64,000 nt of DNA from Podargus strigoides (Eukaryota). How positions within the stretch are numbered: the first letter of the stretch is position 1; every line of letters starts with the position of its first letter. Location of the stretch: NCBI GenBank assembly GCA_028020825.1, contig CM051638.1, positions 14,400,861 to 14,464,860 on the forward strand, in the 5' to 3' direction. The translations under genes were made by a program, and so were the position numbers. The notes under the pieces are model-generated. The model was not told the origin of the DNA, ran no database searches, and worked only from the letters and a program-made list of their open reading frames with translations. Positions 26,201-37,700 of the stretch are shown piece after piece.

Positions 26201-27700
26201 TGAGGGAACAGTGCTGGGGGACAGCAGGTCTAGGGGGTCACACACAGTGGGTGAAGGAACAGTGCTGTGGGACAGCTGGATTAGGGGGACACACACAGTG
26301 TGTGAGGGAACAGTGTTGGGGGACAGCAGTCCTAGGGGGACACACACAGTGGGTGAGGAAACAGTGCTGGGGGACAGCAGGCCTAGGGGGACACACACAG
26401 TGTGTGAGGGAACAGTGCTGGGTGATAGCAGGCCTTGGGGGACACACACGGTGGGTGAGGGAACAGTGTTGGGGGACAGCAGGTCTAGGGGGACACACAC
26501 CATAGGTGAGGGAACAGTGCTGGGGGACAGCAGGCCTAGGGGCAATCCACAGTGGGTGAGGGAACAGTGTTGGGGGACAGCAGTCCTAGGGGGGCACACA
26601 CAGTGGGTGAGGGAACAGTGCTGGGGGACAGCAGGCCTAGGGGGGCATACACAGTGGGTGCGGGAACAGTGTTGGGGGACAGCAGGCCTTGGGGGACACA
26701 CACAGTGGGTGAGGGAACAGTGCTGGGTGATAGCAGGCCTAGGGTGACACACACATAGGGTGAGGAAACAGTGTTGGGGGACAGCAGGCCTAGGGGGGCA
26801 CACACAGTGTGTGTGGGAACCATGCTGGGGGACAGGAAGCCAAGGGGGACCCACAAAGTGGGGTAGGGATCAGTGCTGGGTGACAGCAGGCCTAGGGGGA
26901 CACACACCGTGGGTGAGGGAATAGTGCTGGGGGATAGCAGGCCTAGGTGGGCATACACAGTGGGTGAGGGAAGAGTGCTGGGGGAAGGCAGGCTTAGGGG
27001 GACACACACAGTGGGTGAGGGAAAAGTGCTGGGGGACAGGAGTTCTAGGGCGACACACACAGTGGGTGAGGGAAGAGTGCTGGGGGAAGGCAGGCTTAGG
27101 GGGACACACACAGTGGGTGAGGGAAAAGTGCTGGGGGACAGGAGTTCTAGGGCGACACACACAGTGGGTGAGGGAACAGTGCTGGGGGACAGCAGGCCCA
27201 GGGGGGCATACACAGTGGGTGAGGGAACAGTGTTGGGGGACAGCAGGCCTAGGGGGACACACACAGTGGGTGAGGGAACAGTGTTGGGGGACAGCAGCCC
27301 TAGGGGTGCACACACAGTGGGTGAGGGAACAGTGTTGCGGGACAGCAGTCCTAGGTGGACACACACATTGGATGAGGGAACAGTGCTGGGGGACAGCAGG
27401 CCTAGGGGGACACACACAGTGGGTGAGGGAACAGTGTTGGGGGACAGCAGGCCTAGGGGGGCACACACAGTGTGTGAGGGAACTGTGCTGGGGGACAGCA
27501 GGCCTAGGGGGGCATACACAGTGGGTGCGGGAACAGTGTTGGGGGACAGCAGGCCTCGGGGGACACACACAGTGGGTGAGGTAACAGTACTGGGTGATAG
27601 CAGGCCTAGGGGGACACACACATAGGGTGAGGAAAGAGTGTTGGGGGACAGCAGGCCAAGGGGACACACAGAGTGGGTGAAGGAACAGTGTTGGGGGACA
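23201..27700. repeat. Type-A-derived segmental copy 3. It matches 7319-11700 at offset 15,882 and 1110-4850 at offset 22,091, and carries a 102-bp (2-unit) internal duplication near 27.0-27.13 kb
   Basis: Matching pairs: 7319→23201, 7726→23608 (513 aa, near-identical), 8282→24164 (642 aa), 9757→25639 and 10654-frame→26536. ORF 26873..27625 contains the GEGRVLGEGRLRGTHTVGEGKVLGDRSSRATHTV block twice, against once in 10991..11641. Confidence 0.7.
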
Positions 27701-28159
27701 GCAGGCCTAGGGGGACACACAGTGGGTGAGGGAACAGTGTTGGGTGACAGCAGGTCTAGGGGGACACACAGAGTGGGTGATGGAACAGTGCTGGGGGACA
27801 GCAGGCCTAGTGGGGCCCACACAGTGGGGTAGGGAACAGTGCTGGGTGACAGTAGGCCTAGGGGGACACACAGAGTGGGTGAGGGAACAGTGTTAGGGGA
27901 CAGCAGGCCTAGGGGGACACACAGAGTGGGTGAGGGAACAGTGCTGGGGGACAGCAGGCCTAGGGGGACACACACAGTGGGTGAGGAAACAGTGCTGGGG
28001 GACAGCAGGCCTAGGGGGACACACACAGTGTGTGAGGGAACAGTGCTGGGTGATAGCAGGCCTTGGGGGACACACACGGTGGGTGAGGGAACAGTGTTGG
28101 GGGACAGCAGGCCTAGGGGGACACACACCATAGGTGAGGGAACAGTGCTGGGGGACAGC

Positions 28160-29900
28160 AGGCCTAGGGGCAATCCACAGTGGGTGAGGGAACAGTGTTG
28201 GGGGACAGCAGTCCTAGGGGGGCACACACAGTGGGTGAGGGAACAGTGCTGGGGGACAGCAGGCCTAGGGGGGCATACACAGTGGGTGCGGGAACAGTGT
28301 TGGGGGACAGCAGGCCTTGGGGGACACACACAGTGGGTGAGGGAACAGTGCTGGGTGATAGCAGGCCTAGGGTGACACACACATAGGGTGAGGAAACAGT
28401 GTTGGGGGACAGCAGGCCTAGGGGGGCACACACAGTGTGTGTGGGAACCATGCTGGGGGACAGGAAGCCAAGGGGGACCCACAAAGTGGGGTAGGGATCA
28501 GTGCTGGGTGACAGCAGGCCTAGGGGGACACACACCGTGGGTGAGGGAATAGTGCTGGGGGATAGCAGGCCTAGGTGGGCATACACAGTGGGTGAGGGAA
28601 GAGTGCTGGGGGAAGGCAGGCTTAGGGGGGCACACACAGTGGGTGCGGGAACCTTGCTGGGGGACAGCAGGCCTAGGGGGACACACACAGTGGGTGAGGG
28701 AAAAGTGCTGGGGGACAGGAGTTCTAGGGCGACACACAGAGTGGGTGAGGGAACAGTGCTGGGGGACAGCAGGCCTAGGGGGGCATACACAGTGGGTGAG
28801 GGAACAGTGTTGGGGGACAGCAGGCCTAGGGGGACACACACAGTGGGTGAGGAAACAGTGTTGGGGGACAGCAGCCCTAGGGGTGCACACACAGTGGGTG
28901 AGGGAACAGTGTTGGGGGACAGCAGGCCTAGGGGGACACACACATTGGGTGAGGGAACAGTGCTGGGGGACAGCAGGCCTAGGGGGACACACACAGTGGG
29001 TGAGGGAACAGTGTTGGGGGACAGCAGGCCTAGGGGGGCACACAGAGTGGGTGTGGGAACTGTGCTGGGGTACAGCAGGCCTAGGGGGACCCACACAGTG
29101 GGGTAGGGAACAGTGCTGGGTGACAGCAGGCCTAGGGGGACACACAGAGTGGTTGAGGGTACCGTGTTAGGGGAAAGCAGGCCTAGGGGGACACACAGAG
29201 TGGGTGAGGGAACAGTGCTGGGGGACAGCAGGCCTAGGGGGACACACACATTGGGTGAGGAAAGAGTGTTGGGGGACAGCAGGCCTAGGGGGACACACAG
29301 AGTGGGTGAGGGAACAGTGTTGGGGGACAGCAGGCCTAGGGGGGCACACACAATGGGTGAGGGAACAGTGATGGGGGACAGCAGGCCTAGGGGGGCACAC
29401 ACAGTCGGGTAGGGAACAGTGCTGGGGGACAGCAGGCCTAGGGGGACAAACACAGTGTGTGAAGGAACAGTGCTGGGGGACAGCTGGATTAGAGGGACAC
29501 ACAGTGCGTGAGGGAACTGTGTTGCGGGACAGCAGTCCTAGGGGGACACAGACAGTGTGTGAGGAAACAGTGCTGGGGGACAGCAGGCCTAGGGGGACAC
29601 ACACAGTGTGTGAGGGAACTGTGCTGGGGGACAGCAGGCCTAGGGGGGCATACACAGTGGGTGCGGGAACAGTGTTGGGGGACAGCAGGCCTCGGGGGAC
29701 ACACACAGTGGGTGAGGAAACAGTGCTGGGGGACAGCAGGCCTAGGGGGACACACACAGTGTGTGAGGGACCAGTGCTGGGTGATAGCAGGCCTTGGGGG
29801 ACACACACGGTGGGTGAGGGAACAGTGTTGGGGGACAGCAGGCCTAGGGGAACACACACCATAGGTGAGGGAACAGTGCTGGGGGACAGCAGGCCTAGGG
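28160..29900. repeat. Partial type-B copy 3, matching 20734-22500 at offset 7,430
   Basis: ORF 28164..29453 (429 aa) is near-identical to 20734..22023. ORF 28498..29145 is near-identical to 21068..21715. The offset 29113→21683 also fits. Confidence 0.6.
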
Positions 29901-32900
29901 GGGAATCCACAGTGGGTGAGGGAACAGTGTTGGGGGACAGCAGGCCTAGGGGGGCAAACACAGTGTGTGTGGGAACCATGCTGGGGGACAGGAAGCCAAG
30001 GGGGACCCACAAAGTGGGGTAGGGAACAGTGCTGGGTGACAGCAGGCCTAGGGGAACACACACCGTGGGTGAGGGAATAGTGCTGGGGGATAGCAGGCGT
30101 AGGTGGGCATACACAGTGGGTGAGGGAAGAGTGCTGGGTGAAGGCAGGCTTAGGGGGGCACACACAGTGGGTGCGGGAACCTTGCTGGGGGACAGCAGGC
30201 CTAGGGGGACACACACAGTGGGTGAGGGAACAGTGTTGGGGGACAGCAGGCCTAGGGGGGCACACACAATGGGTGAGGGAACAGTGTTGGGGGACAGCAG
30301 GCCTAGGGGGGCACACACAGTCGGGTAGGGAACAGTGCTGGGGGACAGCAGGCCTAGGGGGACACACACAGTGGGTGAGGGAACTGTGCTGGGGCACAGC
30401 AGGCCTAGGGGGACACACACAGTGGGTGAGGAAACAGTGCTGGGGGACAGCAGGCCTAGGGGGACACACACAGTGGGTGAGGGATTAGTGCTGGGGGACT
30501 GCAGGCCTAGGGGGGCATACACAGTGGGTGCGGGAACAGTGTTGGGGGACTGCAGGCCTCGGGGGACACACACAGTGGGTGAGGGAACAGTGCTGGGTGA
30601 TAGCAGGCCTAGGGGGACACACACATAGTGTGAGGAAAGAGTGTTGGGGGACAGCAGGCCAAGGGGACACACAGAGTGGGTGAAGGAACAGTGTTGGGGG
30701 TCAGCAGGCCTAGGGGGGCACACACAGTGTGTGTGGGAACCATGCTGGGGGACAGGAAGCCTAGGGGGACCCACAAAGTGGGGTAGGGAACAGTGCTGGG
30801 TGACAGCAGGCCTAGGGGGACACACAGCGTGGGTGAGAGAATAGTGCTGGGGGATAGCAGGCCTAGGTGGGCATACACAGTGGGTGAGGGAACAGTGCTG
30901 GGGGAAGGCAGGCTTAGGGGGGCACACACAGTGGGTGTGGGAACAGTGCTCGGGAACAGCAGGCCTAGGGGGACACACACAGTGGGTGAGGGAACAGTTC
31001 TGGGGCAGAGCAGGCCTAGGGGGACACACAGAGTGGGTGAGGGAACAGTGCTAGGGGACAGCAGGCCTAGGGGGACACACACAGTGGGTGAGGGATTAGT
31101 GCTGGGGGACTGCAGGGCTAGGGGGACACACACAGTGGTGTACGGAACAGTGCTGGGTGACAGCAGGCCTAGGGGGACACACAGAGCGGGTGAGGGAACA
31201 GTGCTGGGGGACAGCAGGCCTAGGGGGACAAACACAGTTGGTGATGGAACCGTGCTGGGGGACAGCAGGCCTAGGGGGACACACACAGTGGGTGAGGGAA
31301 CAGTTCTGGGGCAGAGCAGGCCTAGGGGGACACACAGAGTGGGTGAGGGAACAGTGCTGGGGGACAGCAGGCCTAGGGGGACACACTGAGTGGGTGAGGG
31401 ATTAGTGCTGGGGGACTGCAGGCCTAGGGGGACACACACAGTGGTGTACGGAACAGTGCTGGGTGACAGCAGGCCTAGGGGGACACACAGAGCGGGTGAG
31501 GGAACAGTGCTGGGGGACAGCAGGCCTAGGGGGACACACACAGTGGGTGAGGTTACAGTGCTGGGGGACTGCATTCCTAGGGGGACACACAGAGTGTGTG
31601 AGGGAACAGTGTTGGGGGACAGCAGGCCTAGGGGGACACACAGAGTGGGTGAGGGAACAGTTCTGGGGCAGAGCAGGCCTAGGGGGACACACACAGTGGG
31701 TGAGGGAACAGTGCTGGGGCACAGCAGGCCTAGGGGGACACACACAGTGGGTGAGGGAACTGTGCTGGGGCACAGCAGGCCTAGGGGGACACACACAGTG
31801 GGTGAGGGAACAGTTTTGGGGGACAGCAGGCCTAGGGGGACACACACAGTTGGTGAGGAAACAGTGCTGTGGGACAGGAGGCCTAGGGGGACCCACACAG
31901 TGGTGTAGGGAACAGTGCTGGGTGACAGCAGGCCTAGGGGGACACACAGAGCGGGTGAGGGAACAGTGCTGGGGGACAGCAGGCCTAGGGGGACACACGC
32001 AGTGGGTGAGGTTAAAGTGCTGGTGGACTGCATTCCTAGGGGGACACACAGAGTGTGTGAGGGAACAGTGTTGGGGGACAGCAGGCCTAGGGGGACACAC
32101 AGAGTGGGTGAGGGAACACTGCTGGGGGACAGCAGGCCTAGGGGGACACACACAGTGGGTGAGGGGTTAGTGCTGGGGGACTGCAGGCCTAGGGGGACAC
32201 ACACAGTGGGTGAGGGAACAGTGCTGGGGGACAGCAGGCCTAGGGGTATACACACAGTGGGTCGGGAACCCGTACTGGTGGACAGCAGGCCTATGGGGAC
32301 ACACACAGTGGGTGAGGGAACAGTTTTGGGGGACAGCAGGCCTAGGGGGACCCACACAGTGGGTGGGGAAACACTGCTGGGGGACAGCAGGCCTAGGGGG
32401 GGCACACACAGTGGGTGAGGGAACAGTTTTGGGGGACAGCAGGCCTAGGGGGACACACAGAGTGGGTGAGGGAACAGTGGTGGGGGACAGCAGTCCTAGG
32501 GGGACACACAGAGTGGGTGAGGGAACTGTGCTTGGGGACAGCAGGCCTAGGGGGGCATACTCAGTGGGTGAGGGAACAGTGTTGGGGGACAGCAGGCCAA
32601 GGGGGACGAACACTGACTGAGAGAACAGTGTTGGGGGACAGTAGGCCTAGGGGGACACACAGAGTCGATGAGGGAACAGTCCTGGGGGAATGCAGGCCAA
32701 GGGGGACACCCACAGTGGGTGAGGGAGCAGTGCTGGGGGAATGCAGGCCTAGGGGGACACCCAGAGTGGGTCAGGGAACAGTGCTGGGGGACAGCAGGCC
32801 TAGGGGGACACACGCAGTTGGTGAGGGAACCGTGCTGGGGGACAGCAGGCCTAGGGGGACAGACACAGTGGGTGAGGGAACAGTGCTGGGGCACAGCAGG

Positions 32901-34799
32901 CCTAGGGGGACACACAGAGTGGGTGAGGGAACAGTGCTGGGGGACAGCAGGCCTAGGGGGACACACACAGTGGGTGAGGGATTAGTGCTGGGGGACTGCA
33001 GGCCTAGGGGGACTCACACAGTGGGTGAGGGAATAGTGCTGTGGGACAGGAGGCCTAGGGGGACCCACACAGTGGTGTAGGGAACAGTGCTGGGTGACAG
33101 CAGGCCTAGGGGGACACACAGAGCGGGTGAGGGAACAGTGCTGGGGGACAGCAGGCTTAGGGGGACACACAGAGTTGGTGAGGGAACACTGCTGGGGGAC
33201 AGCAGGCCTAGGGGGACACACGCAGTTGGTGAGGGAACCGTGCTGGGGGACAGCAGGCCTAGGGGGACACACACAGTGGGTGAGGGAACAGTTCTGGGGC
33301 AGAGCAGGCCTAGGGGGACACACAGAGTGGGTGAGGGAACAGTGCTGGGGGACAGCAGGCCTAGGGGGACACACACATTGGGTGAGGGATTAGTGCTGGG
33401 GGACTGCAGGCCTAGGGGGACACACACAGTGGTGTAGGGAACAGTGCTGGGTGACAGCAGGCCTAGGGGGACACACAGAGCGGGTGAGGGAACAGTGCTG
33501 GGGGACAGCAGGCCTAGGGGGACACACACAGTGGGTGAGGTTACAGTGCTGGGGGACTGCATTCCTAGGGGGACACACAGAGTGTGTGAGGGAACAGTGT
33601 TGGGGTACAGCAGGCCTAGGGGGACACACAGAGTGGGTGAGGGAACACTGCTGGGGGACAGCAGACCTAGGGGGACACACGCAGTTGGTGAGGGAACCGT
33701 GCTGTGGGACAGCAGGCCTAGGGGGACACACACAGTGGGTGAGGGAACAGTGCTGGGGCACAGCAGGCCTAGGGGGACACACAGAGTGGGTGAGGGAACA
33801 GTGCTGGGGGACAGCAGGCCTAGGGGGACACACACAGTGGGTGAGGGATTAGTGCTGGGGGACTGCAGGCCTAGGGGGACACACACAGTGGGTGAGGGAA
33901 CAGTGCTGGGGGACAGCAGGCCTAGGGGGATACACACAGTGGGTGGGGAACCCGTACTGGGGGACAGCAGGCCTATGGGGACACACACAGTGGGTGAGGG
34001 AACAGTTTTGGGGGACAGCAGGCCTAGGGGGACCCACACAGTGGGTGGGGAAACAGTGCTGGGGGACAGCAGGCCTAGGGTGGCACACACAGTGGGTGAG
34101 GGAACAGTTTTGGGGGACAGCAGGCCTAGGGGGACTCACAGAGTGGGTGAGGGTACAGTGGTGGGGGACAGCAGTCCTAGGGGGACACACAGAGTGGGTG
34201 AGGGAACTGTGCTTGGGGACAGCAGGCCTAGGGGGACACACACAGTGGGTGAGGGAACAGTGTTGGGGGACAGCAGGCCTAGGGGGGCATACTCAGTGGG
34301 TGAGGGAACAGTGTTGGGGGACAGCAGGCCTAGGGGGACACACACAGTGGGTGAGGGAACAGTGCTGGGGGACAGCAGGCCTAGGGGGATACACACAGTG
34401 GGTGGGGAACCCGTACTGGGGGACAGCAGGCCTATGGGGACACACACAGTGGGTGAGGGAACAGTTTTGGGGGACAGCAGGCCTAGGGGGACCCACACAG
34501 TGGGTAGGGAAACAGTGCTGGGGGACAGCAGGCCTAGGGTGGCACACACAGTGGGTGTGGGAACAGTTTTGGGGGACAGCAGGCCTAGGGGGACACACAG
34601 AGTGGGTGAGGGTACAGTGGTGGGGGACAGCAGTCCTAGGGGGACACACAGAGTGGGTGAGGGAACTGTGCTTGGGGACAGCAGGCCTAGGGGGACACAC
34701 ACAGTGGGTGAGGGAACAGTGTTGGTGGACAGCAGGCCTAGGGGGGCATACTCAGTGGGTGAGGGAACAGTGTTGGGGGACAGCAGGCCTAGGGGGACG

Positions 34800-37700
34800 A
34801 ACACTGACTGAGAGAACAGTGTTGGGGGACAGTAGGCCTACGGGGACACACAGAGTGGATGAGGGAACAGTCCTGGGGGAATGCAGGCCAAGGGGGACAC
34901 CCACAGTGGGTGAGGGAGCAGTGCTGGGGGAATGCAGGCCTAGGGGGATACCCAGAGTGGGTCAGGGAACAGTGCTGGGGGACAGCAGGCCTAGGGGGAC
35001 ACACAGAGTGGGTGAGGGAACACTGCTGGGGGACAGCAGGCCTAGGGGGACACACACAGTGGGTGAGGGAACAGTGCTGGGGCACAGCAGGCCTAGGGGG
35101 ACACACAGAGTGGGTGAGGGAACAGTGCTGGGGGACAGCAGGCCTAGGGGGACACACACAGTGGGTGAGGTATTAGTGCTGGGGGACTGCAGGCCTAGGG
35201 GGACACACACAGTGGGTGAGGGAACAGTGCTGCGGGACAGCAAGCCTAGGGGGATACACACAGTGGGTGGGGAACCCGTACTGGGGGACAGCAGGCCTAG
35301 GGGGACACACACAGTGGGTGAGGAAACAGTTTTGGGGGACAGCAGGCCTAGGGGGACACACACAGTGGGTGAGGGAACAATGTTGGGGGACAGCAGGCCT
35401 AGGGGGACCCACACAGTGGGTGGGGAAACAGTGCTGGGGGACAGCAGGCCTAGGGGGCACACACAGTGGGTGAGGGAACAGTGCTGGGGGACAGCAGGCC
35501 TAGGGGGACACACAGAGTGGGTGAGGGAACAGTGGTGGGGGACAGCAGTCCTAGGGGGACACACAGAGCGGGTGAGGGAACTGTGCTTGGGGACAGCAGG
35601 CCTAGGGGGACACACAGAGTGGGTGAGGGAACAGTGGTGGGGGACAGCAGTCCTAGGGGGACACACAGAGTGGGTGAGGGAAGAGTGCTGGGGGACAGCC
35701 GGCCTAGGGGGACCCACACAGTGGGTAAGGGAACATTACTGGGGGACAGCCGGCCTAGGGGGACGAACACTGAGTGAGAGAACAGTGTTGGGGGACAGTA
35801 GGCCTAGGGGGACACACAGAGTGGATGAGGGAACAGTCCTGGGGGAATGCAGGCCAAGGGGGACACCCACAGTGGGTGAGGGAACAGTGCTGGGGGACAG
35901 CAGGCCTAGGGGGACACACACAGTGGGTGCGGGAACAGTGCTGGAGGACAGCAGGCCTAGGGGGACACACAGAGTGGGTGAGGGAACAGTGTTGGGGGAC
36001 AGCAGGCCTAGCGGGACACACACAGTGGGTGAGGAAACAGTGTTGGGGGACAGCAGGTCTAGGGGGACACACAGAGTGGATGAGGGAACAGTGCTGTGGG
36101 ACAGCAGGCCTAGGGGGACCCACACAGTGGTGTAGGGAACAGTGCTGGGTGACAGCAGGCCTATTGGGACACACAGAGTGGGTGAGGGAACAGTGCTGGG
36201 GGACAGCAGGCCTAGGGGGACACACACAGTGGGTGGGGAACCAGTGCTGGGGGACAGCAGGCCTAGGGGGACACACACAGTGGGTGAGGGAACAATTTTG
36301 GGGGACAGCAGGCCTAGGGGGACACACACAGTGGGTGAGGGAACAGTGCTGGGGGACAGCAGGCCTAGGGGGGCACACACAGTGGGTGAGGGAACAGTTT
36401 TGGGGGACAGCAGGCCTAGGGGGACACACACAGTGGGTGAGGGAACAGTGTTGGGGGACAGCAGGCCTAGGGGGACCCACACAGTGGGTTAGGGAACAGT
36501 GCTGGGTGACAGCAGGCCTAGGGGGACACACAGAGTGGGTGGGGGAACAGTGGTGGGGGACAGCAGGCCTAGGGGGACACACACAGTGGGTGAGGGAACA
36601 GTGCTGGGGGACAGCAGTCCTAGGGGGACACACAGAATGGGTGAGGAAACAGTGTTGGGGGACAGCAGTCCTAGGGGGACACACAGAGTGGGTGAGGGAT
36701 GAGTGCTGGGGGACAGCCGGCCTAGGGGGACCCACACAGTGGGTAAGGGAACATTGCTGGGGGACAGCAGGCCTAGGGGGACGCACACTGACTGAGAGAA
36801 CAGTGTTGGGGGACAGTAGGCCTAGGGGGACACACAGAGTGGATGAGGGAACAGTCCTGGGGGAATGCAGGCCTAGGGGGACACCCACAGTGGGTGAGGG
36901 AACAGTGCTGCGGGAATGCAGGCCTAGGGGGACACCCAGAGTGGGTCAGGGAACAGTGCTGGGGGACAGCACGCCTAGGGGGACACACACAGTGGGTGCG
37001 GGAACAGTGCTGGAGGACAGGAGGCCTAGGGGGACACACACAGTGGGTGAGGGAAAAGTGTTGGGGGACAGCAGGCCTAGGGGGACACACACAGTGGGTG
37101 AGGAAACAGTGTTAGGGGACAGCAGGCCTAGGGGGACACACACAGTGGGTGAGGGAACAGTGCTGGGTGACAGCAGGCCTATTGGGACACACAGAGTGGG
37201 TGAGGGAACAGTGTTGGGGGACAGCAGGCCTAGGGGGACACACAGAGTGGGTGAGGGAACACTGCTGGTTGACAGCAGGCCTAGGGGGATACACAGAGTG
37301 GGTGAGGGAACAGTGTTGGGGAACAGCAGGCCTAGGGGGACACACAGAGTGGGTGAGGGAACACTGCTGGTTGACAGCAGGCCTAGGGGGACACACAGAG
37401 TGGGTGAGGGAACAGTGCTGGGGGACAGCAGGCCTAGGGGGACACACACAGTGGGTGAGGGAACAGTGCTGGAGCACAGCAGGCCTAGGGGGACACACAG
37501 AGTGGGTGAGGGAACAGTGCTGGGGGACAGCAGGCCTAGGGGGACACACACAGTGAGTGAGGGATTAGTGCTGGGGGACTGCAGGACTAGGGGGACACAC
37601 AGAGTGGGTGAGGGAACAGTGCTGGGGGACAGCAAGCCTAGGGGGATACACACAGTGGGTGGGGAAGCAGTGCTGGGGGACAGCAGGCCTAGGGGGACAC

